A DNA stretch of 64,000 bases from the NCBI GenBank assembly GCA_977017645.1, contig OZ360224.1, positions 44,764,001-44,828,000 of the forward strand, read 5' to 3'. The DNA is from Torpedo marmorata (taxonomy: Eukaryota). A model generated the notes under the pieces. That model was given only the letters and a program-made list of their open reading frames with translations, searched no databases and had not been told where the DNA came from. Each line of letters begins with the position of its first letter. Position 1 is the first letter of the stretch. Below are positions 1-14,090 of the stretch, in pieces. The translations under genes and the position numbers were made by a program.

Positions 1-1136
1 AGTGAACTTTTGTTTAATGCTTTTATGGCCACCAATAAACATAAAAGGGGCAACGGTTATATCAGATTTAACAGTACAACTTGTATCACATTAAAGTTTC
101 AGAAAGTTGATTCCAACCTGGATATAAAGGAAACGTAGATACGCACAGTATAAGTTCCCATTGCATTATTTTCTCCTTGAACGTTGCAGGATTGTGTGCG
201 AGCATGTTTATCTTTTCAAAAACCACTGTCGATGACTATACTTATTAAAAGCGACAACGACCAGACATTCCCAATCATTCCCATTCTTTCATGAATTGAA
301 TATTTGTTAAATCAGCCCTTGAAAAACTATCGCATTCCAGGTCGTTAGCAGCATGGCTATTTGATTAGAAAGATGTGATGGAAGTGTCGTGAATTGGGGG
401 AGGGTGGGAGGGTGGGGAGGGGGTTGTCAATTCTGTTACTTACTTGGACAATCTATTTACTTATTCATTAAATAACAAAATGATTGATAGATGAATAAAT
501 GTTCTAAAAGTCAAGAACGTAAAGTTACAAAATTGATTCATCTCATCTGTAGAACACGAATGTTACCGGTAGATCATTGTTTTAAATAGTAATATTTAAT
601 TTTTTATGGTGGTAGATTCTGCCAAACTAAGAAACAATTGGGTCGAACGGAAAGAGGTAAATCATTCAATATACTCCAATTGTAAGTTTAACTGAGATAC
701 TGTGCATCCAATGGGAGAGATAGATTGATGGAGAGGCAGGCGGAGGTGTGCCCTCCCATTGCACTCTGTACGCATATATTCTATCTCTAAATGTTTCAGA
801 AAGGTAGACATATAAACAGAAAACTAAACCGACAGACAGACAGATTTTACGTTTTGCATTATATATAGGCAGTTACAGGACTTCAAAATCCACCGCATTG
901 ATGGGATTTTCATTACAAGTTAATTCCTTGTCTATAGTTTATTATTTAGGATTAGAACTGAACTTTCAATGTTACTGTTGAATTAATAAATGTGTCTGTG
1001 TGGTACAGAGGCAGGGGTGTCGTCGTAGAGGGCTACAGCGATTCACGTCGGATTGAGCTTGTTTTCCCCAGTTAAACCCATCGGTGGAGAAAGAGGGAAG
1101 GGGAAAGAGAGGGAGAAGGAAGAAGGAGCGAGAGTG

Positions 1137-1150
1137 AGAGAAATAGATAG

Positions 1151-1191
<41 letters not shown>
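1137..1191 (+). repeat. (GA)n purine tract in the probable 5'UTR
   Basis: GA repeat directly upstream of exon 1a coding sequence. Confidence 0.9.
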
Positions 1192-1192
<1 letters not shown>

Positions 1193-1213
1193 AGACAGCT
1201 GCTCTTCACATGA

Positions 1214-1294
1214 ATGCACTCATCTTCTAAAGACCAGACTGCAAACATGCTCTGGAAACTTGTGGAAAATGTCAAATACGAGGACATCTACGAG
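1214..1294 (+). CDS. TFAP2B: Transcription factor AP-2 beta, coding exon 1a
   Basis: Translates as [27 protein letters not shown], matching the AP-2 beta N-terminus, followed by the donor GAG|gtgagc. 81 nt, phase 0. A second in-frame ATG lies at 1247. Confidence 0.95.
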
Positions 1295-4200
1295 GTGAGC
1301 AAACACGGAAATAGTTTTCTGTTTTATGGTCGAGTGAATTAATCGGGCTTCAGAGTTATGTCTGCCTTGAAATGTTCCAACACCAGGCTGGCAATTTTCT
1401 GCATTCAAGATATGAACCATTTATCATTAACGTCGTCAGATTTTTGTTTTTCGGAAATGTCAGACTTCGCTCTGTTACAAAGACAATTTCCATATTTTCA
1501 CAACATACAAAATGTTGAAGAAAATATGATATACGTTTATTCTTGTTTACGAATGGACGATTGCATCTTTTTTTGTTCGAATTTCGTTAAGGTGGCGATT
1601 TTATATACAGCTACTTAGTTTTGCGCGTCGATATTGCTACTGGAAAGGCAAATTGAAAATGATGGTTACCTTCCGATGTCAGGTCGTTATTATAATGTAA
1701 TTGGTTCCAAATTATAAAATGTATTTTTGGATACAGCTTAGGAGGTCGTATGTGTTCAAAGCTGGTGCACACAGCCGACGAAGTGAGACGGTGTCAGGCT
1801 AGGAATTGCGAGAGGTCACGATCAGTGAGCAAGTAATTCTAGAAGCCGGATAATGTTTTTTTTTAGTTGTAGTTCGCACTTTTCCGCATCGACATACTTT
1901 AAATATGGGGAAAGAATCAGAGAAAGGTGACATATGTAAAACAATGCGGGTGTAAATGTGAAAGAAAACGAGACTGGAGATAAATATTATTTGCGCTTAG
2001 AACCAGCGGTCCAGATATTGCCATTGTGCGAGAGAAACGGAAAAGGGGTCGTTGGTTTTTATAGAGCTCACTCTGACTAAAAGTTAAGGCAAATAGCACG
2101 CGTTTGAAAAAAGGTTTTATAATATGTTCCCGGAGTGGTCTGTTGGATTAAATAAATAGGATAACAATGTATAAAGAGCGCAGAAAATGGCTTATACAGG
2201 CTGATGAATTGCTGCCAACGTTCTGCTTTCAGACCCTTTAGAACGGCTCCGCGGGTAGCCGCCCTCTATAGAGCCACAAATGTCTCCGCTCTCAAGGTAC
2301 TCGTCAGGCTAATCGTCAACCGAAAGCTGGCAAAATCCAAGACATTTGCTTCAGAACTACAATACAATACAGCATAAATTAATGTAACCATCGCTTATTC
2401 CCCACCCAACCCTTTATTAGAAAACAGCGGTGTTAACTTCTGTTCTGAACGGTGCAGAATCATCGAAGATGGGATTTTTTTAAAATCTGCAGTGGACACG
2501 AAACTGTTTTACTTTAGTGTTCTTTTAAGCAAGTAACGAAAAGACAATTGGCTTATGTGTAATTTTATCTCCCAACGTTTTAATTATCAAGGGTATGTAC
2601 GGATTAGACCATGTTTCCTGGTTTGTTTAATGTCAAATAGTTAAAACGTCGAAACTGTTTAATGATTCATACATAATTAGATTAGCAAATGCATTTAAGC
2701 ATCTTAGCCTTGAATGTAAACTAACAGTATACTTATAATAGCAATAATAACATAATTCATTTAAATAGCAATTTATTTTTGACCTAGCTGTTGGTGCTAG
2801 CAAAGATAAGTTATCAATTATTTCCTTTAATTCGGTTGAAATGTAGTATTCACTCTGGGCTCTAATTACTCAAAATCGTAATGGTAAACTCCAAGTTAAA
2901 ATGTTAAATAAAGCTTAGCCATCTGTCTAAAATGTACACCACCAGTGATCAGTGGAACACGGTAGTGGATTTGGGCGCAAACGGGGTTCACTGGGAAATT
3001 TTCCGAGACATTTTAGATTCACTGTCTGCGGACCATTTCCAACTTTTTACGGTTGTTATCGGGACACGTTGGGTTTCAGGAACGAGATAAGGCAACTGAT
3101 GTCAGAAAAAGCGGTTGAACATTCAAGCAGACAGAGCAGACAAGCCAGTCCAACGGGTTCGACAATAACCCGGAACAAGTATTGCATAGCATCACGCCCC
3201 CACTTCCCTCCCCCAAAAAACCCCAAACTTGCCCCTCTGGCTTACATCAGCTCCGTAAACTTCAAGGGTCTTTACAGAAACCCTTGTAAATGTTTTACAG
3301 CTGGCGGCAGGAAAGGAGGACTTTATTTAAAAAAAAGTGAGATAACGCAAGGGACCGTGAGGTCTAGATTTGCAACGCCTTCGATCATGGGTGCTGATAA
3401 CAAAGAAAGCTTTTGGCGGTAGATTCTTCCAAAAGCAATTTGCCAAAATGTCTGGCGTCTCCCACACACACACATTGGCGTCGAGTCCTCTAAATTCCAT
3501 GCAGTTTATTTTATACTTTGAACACGTACTCTATTAAAAAGGGATCGGAGGCAGGCAATAATCTTTATAATCACAATCTTTAGCCTGTCGACCAACGAAG
3601 AAGGGGTTGTTTTCGTTTAACCTATTTGTTTCACTCTTTAATTTTCTTAGCAGTACCACGTGATAGGTCTTGTGAAATATTCAAGATGCCGGAGGTAATT
3701 TATTTAAGCGAATCTCTGGTAAGATCAACTTCATGTTGCCAAAGGGACAAGGTGGATTTGATCTTATCAGGGCTGGTATTCCCTAACATTATGCATTGCT
3801 TTTAACACAGTTCACTTGAATTGGTGATTGCTATTTTATGGGGATTCCAACATTATCCGGTTTGAGGGTCTTTCCATATGAAGCTCATAACATCTGATGG
3901 TTCAGAACTGAATAAAGCACTGTATTGATACTCCGATAAGAAGCGTTCCATCGCAGTAAAATGCACTTGTTTATGGTTCCACCGTTGCCGATAAAGAAAT
4001 TATTCCACAAAGATTATGCAACAAGGGCGTTGTACAATTGTACTATTTCTTGTTAGTTCTGTATAAAATGTGTAAAAAATAATATTTGCATGGCGAATGG
4101 CTACAAGAAGGCATTTACGTACAACCGCCCCGAAAGGCTGGGCTATGTTAAAGAAGGCACTTGGCCCCCACAGTTTTAAACGGAGCAAAGCTAAGTCGAG

Positions 4201-4741
4201 TGTTCTGTTTCTTTAAGACAGCCCATTCGCTGATCTGACTGGACTAGTTGACTACGATCGTTTGATTGTCTGGCTACATTACGACAAAACTTTTTTTTTG
4301 CGCCCAAAAGTCTGGCCACGGTGTTACCAGTAACACCCACCACCATCACCACCACCCCTCCCCCTACCCCTTGTCTGATTATACATCTAGTAATTCTCGT
4401 CTGAATGAACGTCATTTACAATAGTGAAGGAGCGCTGGCTGGCTGCTTCACGCTCGATTTGCCACCATTCTTCCTCTAAGTATTCGTGTAATATTAATAG
4501 TCATGAATATCAATTATTATGGGGCGGTGTAGAGTGGCAGAGAGGGGTGTGAACAGTCAGCATCTTGCCTTGGAGAGGGGAGCACTGGTTGTGAAGCTGG
4601 AGTTAAAAAAATCTACAGCATTTGTACTTTTTTGAGCGAATTTGATGGATATAGTGTTGGAGATACTTCAGGCAATCGGGCGTCTCTCCCTGCAGTCTCT
4701 CTTCCCTTCTGGTTGATGGTCTGTGATCAGATTTGCTACAG

Positions 4742-4768
4742 ATGTTAGTCCACACTTACACAGCTATG
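4742..4768 (+). CDS. TFAP2B: AP-2 beta alternative first coding exon (MLVHTYTAM)
   Basis: ATG TTA GTC CAC ACT TAC ACA GCT ATG followed by the consensus donor gtgagt. Phase 0, so compatible with exon 2. Resembles the MLVH.. alternative N-termini known in the AP-2 family. Confidence 0.85.
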
Positions 4769-5789
4769 GTGAGTTGGATCAGTGCTCGATGAAATCCCAT
4801 TTCGCCCCAAACGCCGGTGGCTTTGTAATTTAGTCCATAATTGCAGGCTTTTTCTCTCTTGTTTGTATTGTTATCTAATCGGGTTTCGCTGGACGCGTCA
4901 CTTGGCTAAAACTTTCAACTGCGTTCCATAGCTTTTGGCGATTTGAGGTTCAGTTTTAGTTAAATGTGTTATGAAGTTTACTTGACATTCGACTTCGAAC
5001 CCAGGATGTTTGTTTCTGTTGTGATCGACGCGATTTTCACGATACAGTTCGCCTTCAGTGATTTTCGTAATTTCTCATTTCCTTCCGACAACGCCTTAAT
5101 TTTACTTTTTTTTAACGTTTCGAGCGTTTTAAAATCTATCGGTGACTGTATTTTTCTTTCTCTGTGAACGTGCATGTGGAAAATGTGTGAGTGGGCGTTT
5201 GTGTGTTGGGGGTGCGATTAACTCATATTTCACATCATTTCATATTAATTATAATATAACTTAAAGTTCCATCATACAGGTCCTTCATTTCTTCCTTCCC
5301 TCCATTAACCTTGTATGGCATACCAAGAAATGCAACGCATGACTTTATCATATTTACATTTAAAGATTTTGTTGGATTTAATGTTTTCGAAGTCTCCCAT
5401 CAGACTCAACTTTCTTGTGTTAAATGTGCAACTCCAGTTGAGCATAAGAACGGATACCTAGAATTGGAGATCAAAAGTAAAGGCATACTTGAGACGTTGT
5501 TAATACTTCAAGGTTATTTATCTTCCATGTTACAGTTTACTTTATTGTTGTCAGGACGTTTAGCATTTTAATGCCCTTTGCTTGCGTCTTGTTCTGTTTC
5601 TATCAACAAAGATGCCTTCTTTGTTCATTTTTAAAATCTTTTATTTAATAATTAGACAATATTTAAGGACTTTTCTTGGTAACACCATACGTACACCCAC
5701 TGTTATGTGTTTGCGTGAATAAAGAGTACATCAGAAATGTATCATATTAAACAATATTTGGACTAAGACTTGCGATTTCTTCTTTGCAG

Positions 5790-6239
5790 GACCGACACGA
5801 TGGAGTTAACAGCCACAGTTCGAGGCTGTCCCAACTCGGGTCGGTCTCCCAGGGACACTATTCAACGGCTCCGCCGCTTTCTCACACCCCAACGTCGGAC
5901 TTCCAACCACCTTATTTCCCTCCTCCTTACCAACCTCTTCCATACCACCAGAGCCAGGATCCTTATACACACGTCAACGATCCCTACTCCCTGAATGCTC
6001 TGCACCAACCCCAGCAACATCCCTGGCAGCAAAGGCAGCGGCAGGACGTTGGTGCAGAGCCCAGCCTTCTACATCAGCCCCGGGTTCTGCCCCAGATCAC
6101 AGGGCTGGACCCTCGCCGGGATTATCCCGGCGTGCGGCGGCCAGACGTGCTTGTCCACTCTGCTCACGGATTAGATTCTGGAATGGGAGATAGTCTATCT
6201 CTTCACAGTATCAGCCATCAAGGAATGGAAGAAATCCAG
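5790..6239 (+). CDS. TFAP2B: AP-2 beta exon 2 (Pro/Gln-rich activation domain, PY motif)
   Basis: Acceptor tctttgcag|GAC; [22 protein letters not shown]...PPYFPPPY...MEEIQ; donor CAG|gtgagc; 450 nt. Confidence 0.97.
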
Positions 6240-9200
6240 GTGAGCCTATCCATATTAAAACGCAACTCTTAATGTCGCTTCCATTGTAAAGTTAAAATAA
6301 TTTATTTCGAGAGTGAAGTGATAGTTTGACTATAATATTAGAGCAGTAAGTCAAATAATTTGTCATCTTTTATTTGTGATATTCCAAATATTAGCAGGAA
6401 GAAACAGAATTGCAATATATTAACTTATATCGTTAGTAGATACAAACACTGTAACAATGTCTCAACAAACTTATTATTTTTAATAAAACAGAAGATTCAT
6501 TGGTACAACTTTGGATCGAGAAGTTTTTTTGTTGATAACATTGATGTAGTCTGACAAAGTCTCGCTCCTGTGAAAAAGTGAACCACAAAGTTTAGTGTAT
6601 GGTGCAAATAATTGGCTATCGTTTGACAGCCTATATACTTGAGCGAATACATATCTTCTACTATTAGTGCAGAACCTGATTCTGTTAAATAAATACTCTG
6701 TCGGCCACAAAATCGCTTATCAGAACTGCCCTCCAGAGAGGAAATCATATTTGATAATGAATGGTGGTGCTTCACAACACTATTTTATGATGTGCGTGAA
6801 ACGATTTTGTGCATCTAATCCATTTGAATTGTCATCTTATTTATTTTGGTGAATCGATTTCATAGATAAATAAATGCAATGATCTTGTAGTTGTACAATT
6901 ATATGAGATGAGATCGGATGCAGATTTTGAGGCAATGACAGAAAACCTCAAAACTTCTGCCATGCCTACATTAGGGGGTGGTGTGTGGAAATGCGAGGGT
7001 ATAGACTGACCACGCAAAGTAAGAACTACTGGACTTTCTCTTGTTTAATAGTCATTAGGGGTAGCATTCGGCGAATGGTTCTGTTTGGTCGTTCTAACAA
7101 TTATCTTATGAGATCATTTTTTATGAAATATACGTTATTTCGTTGGCAATACTCTACTGTATGTGAGCCTGGGTGTGGAATTTGGAGGGGATATAAACTA
7201 ACAGTTAGAAAATTACTTATTGGATGACCCTGAAAATCAGTACATAATCCATGAAAACCTGCTTATTAACTACACAGTCCTGTTACTGTTCTGTACCTGT
7301 ACTTACTTAATAGGTTGTCTATTTGTGTGTGAATAGTTACCAAGCAGTGGGGATGGATGCAAATGTTACCGATGTACCAGAATTGAAACATATTATCATT
7401 GTAGAAACAATTGGAAGTGGTATTTTTCTTAAATCATTTAAATAAGCTCATTTCAAAGGCAGACTTAGTTTGGGGAGAAAAAGTAAATTCTCTTAAACAA
7501 ATATGGCCGCTAAGGTCGGCAAATCCGCTCTCTAACGATTGTCTGTATAGCGTCCAGCATCATTCAGGCGAGTTTAATAACAATGAAGACTGTGCAAATT
7601 GAATTATTGATTTGCATTCGGTAAATGCGAGTATAAATGCCTTTATGGATCATATCTGTTGATCAAAGACATAGTTTGCAACCATCACAGTAGAATTGTA
7701 CGGATCTTTGGAATGAATAATATGTTTGGATTTGGATCACTCCAGTATTAGGTCACAGAGTCTATGTAGCTTTAATGGCCTGACCATTCTATTATATCTG
7801 CCAATCTGAATTTTGGGCACATTCGATTCCAGGTCCATTCGTGGAATATCTTCTTTTCCTTTCAAATAAAACAAACATATTTCAATTAACTACATTAATA
7901 AATAATCGAAATATGAAAACAGTATTTTACCAAGGTGCTTAACTCTCAATTGGGGTCAATCTTAACCATAATCTTGTTCCCAATACCTAAGAAATTTATT
8001 TGAATTTTTACTGGGATTTTTAGAAGGTGAAGTGGCAAAATAATATCCGATGTCGAATCCTGTGCTAATTTATGTTTTAAAAAAATAATATTATCGCTTC
8101 CAAATGTTCACAGGCGACAAATTTCATGTCGTTCTGGACATCTGTCCTTCTATAGCTCATTCACTTGGTAGCTGCTACCGTCTGAACAAATGAGGCGCTG
8201 ATGTAGATTTATTGATAGCTACAACACTTATTGTATTGCTGTCTTCTCCGTGAAATGTTTTGTACGCGTGTTCGACTACGCTTTTCAGCGGGGGGAACTA
8301 CATAAGTGAAACCAGGCTTAGATCTACGCACTTTAACCCCAGAGAGACTACATTTAACCACGCGTTTATACATTCACTATTTTTGTTTTAAGCGCGTGTA
8401 TTTTTTCATAACTATAATATTTTTTTGAAAATTTAAAATTATGGTTCCGTGATGGGACCACGTAAAGTCCCGCTTCTCTTTTCATACTTATCGTATTGTT
8501 TTGCGATTTCATTTCGAGACGAATGGCGTCAGTCATAAACTTAATCGGATAGCGCCATAATGATGCATCTGTCATAATTATTTTAGTGTGATTCCTCGTG
8601 AATCTAGGATAATAAATATCCTGTTCTATACGCATTGAGCTTCAGAACACTAGTAATATAATTCACTATTGCCAAGTTGATTCATTTGCAAAATATATGT
8701 TTACAGTAAAATTTGATTCGTTTTTTTCTCCAGAAACGACCCATGAGATTGTAACCATTGTGAATAGAATGGCAGTTCATATTTTATATGTAAAGTTAAA
8801 GGTAAAGGGTTCAGTTAAATTAAATATTTGTTCTATAGTTCACAATTGTTTCAAAATGAATATACAACAGGCAATTGCCTTAACAGATCAACAGCCACAA
8901 GGAACTAACTCTTAACTTCGACGCCACTTTGAAACATTAACAGTGGCTTAGTGGTGCATTATTTAGCTCCCCCGTTTTAAAACTTGACAGGCAAAAATGA
9001 CTAGTAAAAATGAAGAGTCTAGCACCTTTTTTTATTGACGAAACGTCAGATGTTCTGCCTAAAAACTACCAACTACGTGTTTCGGTCATTCAGATTTCTG
9101 AACCACAGTTTGTATTTTGGACATAATATTACGAAACAAGAAAGAACAGAAGGATTCCACCGAAAACACAAAGCATGTGGAGTACTGTTCGACATTTCCC

Positions 9201-10048
9201 ATGCCCAAAATTGCTCCAAATAAAACATATGTTGGTCAATTATAGAAGCGAATTGTGGATAATGTCAGTGGGCTTTATTTTTTTTGCTAAAAATGTACAC
9301 CCAAAAAGAGAAATCTGCATACTTAGATATGAAAGAGTGTGAAAGATACAGTTTACACCCACCAGTCTGAAATTGTCTGCTGAACTATTTCGCTGAATTT
9401 TACAAATTAAAATGAAAACATCTGTGATTAGCTGACGCAAAATAAGATTTGTAATATGCTTATTTCGGCACAAATGTTCAATACTTTAATCGCGCCTTTT
9501 CTGTGTCTATTCGTTTGATTTAAATTCCACTTTAATAATATTCGAGGACGCATCGTAAATCCACGCTGGTATCATTTAAAACATCAACAAGATGAAATTC
9601 ATATTGAATGATTAGAAGCATATCGTGAGAGTATTAGCACGTTTCAACTAATATTATCAATGGTGTTTAAATGACTGCAGTGCATATTTTCATTGATACA
9701 TTATAAATAGAGACATGCTGTTTAATCTGAAAGCTTTGAGCAAAGAGTTTGTGTCTGATTAATCTAAACGTTAGTTTGCAATAAAATATAAAATCGGAAT
9801 ATAGAATTGTGAAATTCGATGATAACTGACTATCAAGGCTTGTAAACATGAAAGCACGTTTCCATGATCGCTTGGAATCTTTCTATGAACATTTAAAAGC
9901 ATGAGCCCTTTGTTTCATCATTTGCATTCAGAACTCTTAGGCACTCACTGGAAAAACAATGTACCTGTCTGGAGTATTATATTGTTGGAGCCAACACTCC
10001 TCCCCCACTACTCCACCACCCACCCACCTCCACTGCCCCCAGTACTCT

Positions 10049-10122
<74 letters not shown>
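10049..10122. repeat. (CA)n microsatellite
   Basis: Seen directly, intron 2. Confidence 0.95.
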
Positions 10123-10123
<1 letters not shown>

Positions 10124-13100
10124 CCTAAAAAGATGTGATGTAGTCGAACGATTTCTATCCGTGCAAAAATGAGAAGGACTGGGTCTTCAATTTCCAGTTA
10201 TTTTACCACAATTCTTGTCATTTTACAACATTTATTGTGCTCAGTAAAGAAATGCAGGTATCTTAGACGAGGGAATACTAACAAACTGCGCCTTGGCTAT
10301 CCTCAGAGGCCCAGACTGGGCCGAGATGATTATATGACAGAGTTTATATGGGTTACTGAATAACATCAAAAGTATATTTTGCATTATCATGGCGGGATGA
10401 AAAAAGTAAAAGATAAACATGAAGCAAACACTAAGCGGTCCTCTTATCTTTGACCCTTCAGGAAAGTTTTGCATGCTTCTCATGTCATGTCTTTTAAACT
10501 GGATTCAATGGTTGGTTTGATTTTCGTCACTATTTGCGTGGGAACAATGCCAAGAAAAAAAAGACAATAAAATAGAACTTCCTCGGTAAAACCTCGTAAA
10601 ATATGCAAACGTCGGTATTTTCTGAAATAAAAATTAGATTAGGGTAAAGATGAAACGTGTCGGCATTTGTTGACAAAATTAAGACATTTAGATTACAACG
10701 GTTTTACCCTAAAATCTTATTACGACTTCAAACTACGGATTATTTGGTTAATTGAAAATGAAAACAACACTAAAGTCTGTCAGAATTAATCATAATTCGG
10801 CGAAAAGAATTTTACCCAGGAGGGGGAACGAGAGTAACGTGATTGATGTTCATTTACCATGATCCCGAACGATGCATTTCGGTCTTATAATCAAGTCCAT
10901 TATCATTTTCGATATCTTTGTCGATATTATCCTTTTCTTTTCAACATCAGTCTTATATAAGAACAGATTAGTTGTTTTTTTTTAGTCAATTACCAATTGA
11001 ATGAAACATTAAAAATAATATAATTATTATTTCGATGTTAAAATTTCCAGCGGATAACATCTAAAAGATAAGCACGATGCTGGTTGTTAAAGGTGAGCGG
11101 CAGTTTTTTACTAAGAGCAAAGGGAAGTGAATTTTAACCAAATAAGAATTTCTTGCCGTAGGCTGAGAAACGATGTTGATATGTTGAATTTTCGATCATT
11201 GAGCGCTTCAAGAGAACGGGGTCTAATTGTTTATCCCCACCCCACATTCCATGATCTTAAACACATGCTTGAATCAATCACTTGCCCCGCTTTTTATACG
11301 CTCCCAGCAATATCGACCAAACAGTGAACCAGATTTCTCGCTATGACGATTAATGTATATTACAGATACTCTAAGGTCTAAAATCACATAGATGCATCAC
11401 TTCAGTGCATGTTCGCACGGAAAGTCTAACTCCCGTGACAGTAGCGTAATGTAGATTCTATCTGCCGTCAAGTAATCCAGACTGATAAACATTGCCAAAC
11501 GTTTCTGTGCTGCTGACTCGTTTAAATTACAATGGCCGGATTAAATATGACGCATAGTTTTGTTTTTAACAACAGTAGCACTCCTTTCGAATCACCTGTG
11601 GATTTATACAAATAAACAACTTTTTTGCAACCAACCATGAACAACTGGCCCAAGTTCAGCACAGAGATTTTATGTCGCGATTTAAATGTGTGAAAACGCT
11701 CGTATAGGTCGTGCGAAAACATTATAAGACATTCACTGAGATATCTCTTCCCCCACCTGCCACACCCACCAAATTGCTATAACCACCTTGCTCTTCATCG
11801 AACATACATCAGAATCTGGCTAATTACAAACATAAAATATTAACACGCCACCTAGCAAATATGTCGATTTGGATTCAAGGATCCATGCCTATAGTTCGTT
11901 GAATTTGAAAGCGGGTAACTTGAAATATAGAGGGGGCAACGCTGCATGCACGGCGTAAAAAGACGAAATGCAAGGGGGATACGTTCCGTAAACTGTTTGT
12001 AAACGTACACGCGTTTCCTTTCGCAATTTGTTAAAATCCTGCTGTTCGCATCCCTTTAAAGCAAAGAGTCTGGTAATTAAAAGTGTGAGTTGTTTTTCCC
12101 TCATTTCCGCGTGCATTTCTAATTAAATCTTTATGATACTCTCTGTGACTATTAACTGCCAACATGCTGCGTGAATATCCTCAACAAAACCCAGCAGGCG
12201 CCGATAATTAGATAGAAAATCAAAGTAGACCTTTCTCATTAGCTACACAAACTTCTCCTGAACATTTTGCTGAAGTGGTTTACTCTAAAGCTCATCTCAA
12301 AATATTTTTCCAAAATTATTGCCTGAAGGAAACGCGCGCATCTTAAGTGATAAAAAATATGACTGATTAAATGCATGCGTGATAATTCATATTTCCATCT
12401 ATTTAACGCTAACATTAGTGATTCAAGCTATTTGAATTCGATGCCATGATATTTCTTTTCACTTTGCATGTTATCATCCCATTGTCTATTGTCTTTGAAA
12501 GACAAAAACACGTGTCCAAAGGACACGTGGATATCGCCACGCTCTGTTAACGTTGTTTCCGCCAAGTAATAATAAATCGCATGCACTGGATTTAAAATGT
12601 ATGCTGAAAAACAATTAATTTCTGTATGTAATAACGTAAAATATTATTGGTGGTTACACTTTGTAGACCGACTATGACCGCGACGCAAATATTTTAAAAT
12701 AGTGAAATAAAATGCAGTATTAAAGACATGGTGATAAACGAAACTCTTGCACGAAGTTTGAAGGGATAGTAAACTGACAACCCTCTATTTTCTTCATATA
12801 TCTCAGATCTTTGGGTAGGGAATCTCTTTTCGAAGTTCTTAAACTCTTGAGTATGTTCTTTTTTTATTATGACAAACGATTAAATTTATCAATCTAGGTT
12901 TTGGTCAGTTAAAACAGTTGTCGTGGGTGAAATATGCCTTTTCTCCAAAGCAAGTCTGGGTAAATGCCACAGTTGCAATTCGAATAAAACATCAGGTTAA
13001 AAGCCATTACATGAAGCATCTATGATTATTTGAAGAACATACAGGAGTTAAATGCTCAGATGGTTACATATTACTTATTTTGTTTAACCAATGTAGATGT

Positions 13101-14029
13101 AAATAACTAAAACAGAAACAAAGCTAATCATTTAAGAAATAATCGTGCGTGTCGTATGGTATTAACCGTCTGACGCTAAGGGTCAGATTATCACACGCAT
13201 CTGAACACAAGAACGCATAATAAGCTTTAGCAGTTGCACGATCACGATTTAATTAAAGATGTGGCAAGATTCTGTTCTGCCTTGTTCTAAATGGGTCAAT
13301 ATAGCATAAAGTAATTTCCAAAGTCTAGTCTCTAGCTGAGTGAATTTCTTCAGAATCTAATTTAAGCAAGGATACGTGCGCTTTTCCCAACATGATCAAC
13401 TTAAGGTTCATTGTCTAACAAATCGTGCAGAAATTTATGTTCCTGTTGAGAAATAAATAAATAAAATATCATAGATCTCCCAGCATATATTTACTTCAGT
13501 ACTGAATTAACATTTTAATTGCTCACTCCTTTAGTCAGTAACATTTACGTTGGGTAAAAAAAAATAACAGTGTAGAGAAATCCATATATGTGTATTGCGC
13601 TATTACAGTGAACATGTATCATGAATATACGTACGCATTATTGTATAATGCATGAAATATACATATGTTATTGCACTCGTATGTACGCGGTTGCATTTAA
13701 CTGGATAAATGCGCCACCTGGAAAATTATTAAATTCAATTACATTACAAATATATGCTTTTGTTCATGTATTTGTTCTGTACGTTCTCCGCCATAACAAA
13801 AAAAAAAGCGCTTGGGTCCCAGATGTTAGGCAGCTTATTTTCTGATAACATGTAATTTTCGCGAATTTGATTTCCTCTGGTAATTTCTTCTTAGAATAAT
13901 AAACCCTCAAACAGGTAATATAAATGGAAATAACAGATAGTCGATTTCGGTTGAGCTTGATTTATATACATGACTGTTTAATATCAAGTCAATTTGAATA
14001 GTGATATGACCTTTTTTATATATTAACAG

Positions 14030-14090
14030 GCTTTGGATGACACGGGTACCACTGGCATGAGTTTATTGGACCAATCCGTCATTAAAAAGG
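14030..14090 (+). CDS. TFAP2B: AP-2 beta exon 3
   Basis: Acceptor ttaacag|GCT; ALDDTGTTGMSLLDQSVIKK plus 1 nt; donor G|gtatgg; 61 nt. Too short to appear in the ORF track. Confidence 0.93.

Noticed and set aside
1053-1298. 81-aa ORF with an ERERER run
   Set aside because: Translation of the GA repeat. The real exon 1a is in a different frame.
2952-3422. 156-aa ORF in intron 1
   Set aside because: Non-ATG start, no recognisable domain and no convincing splice context. Likely chance.
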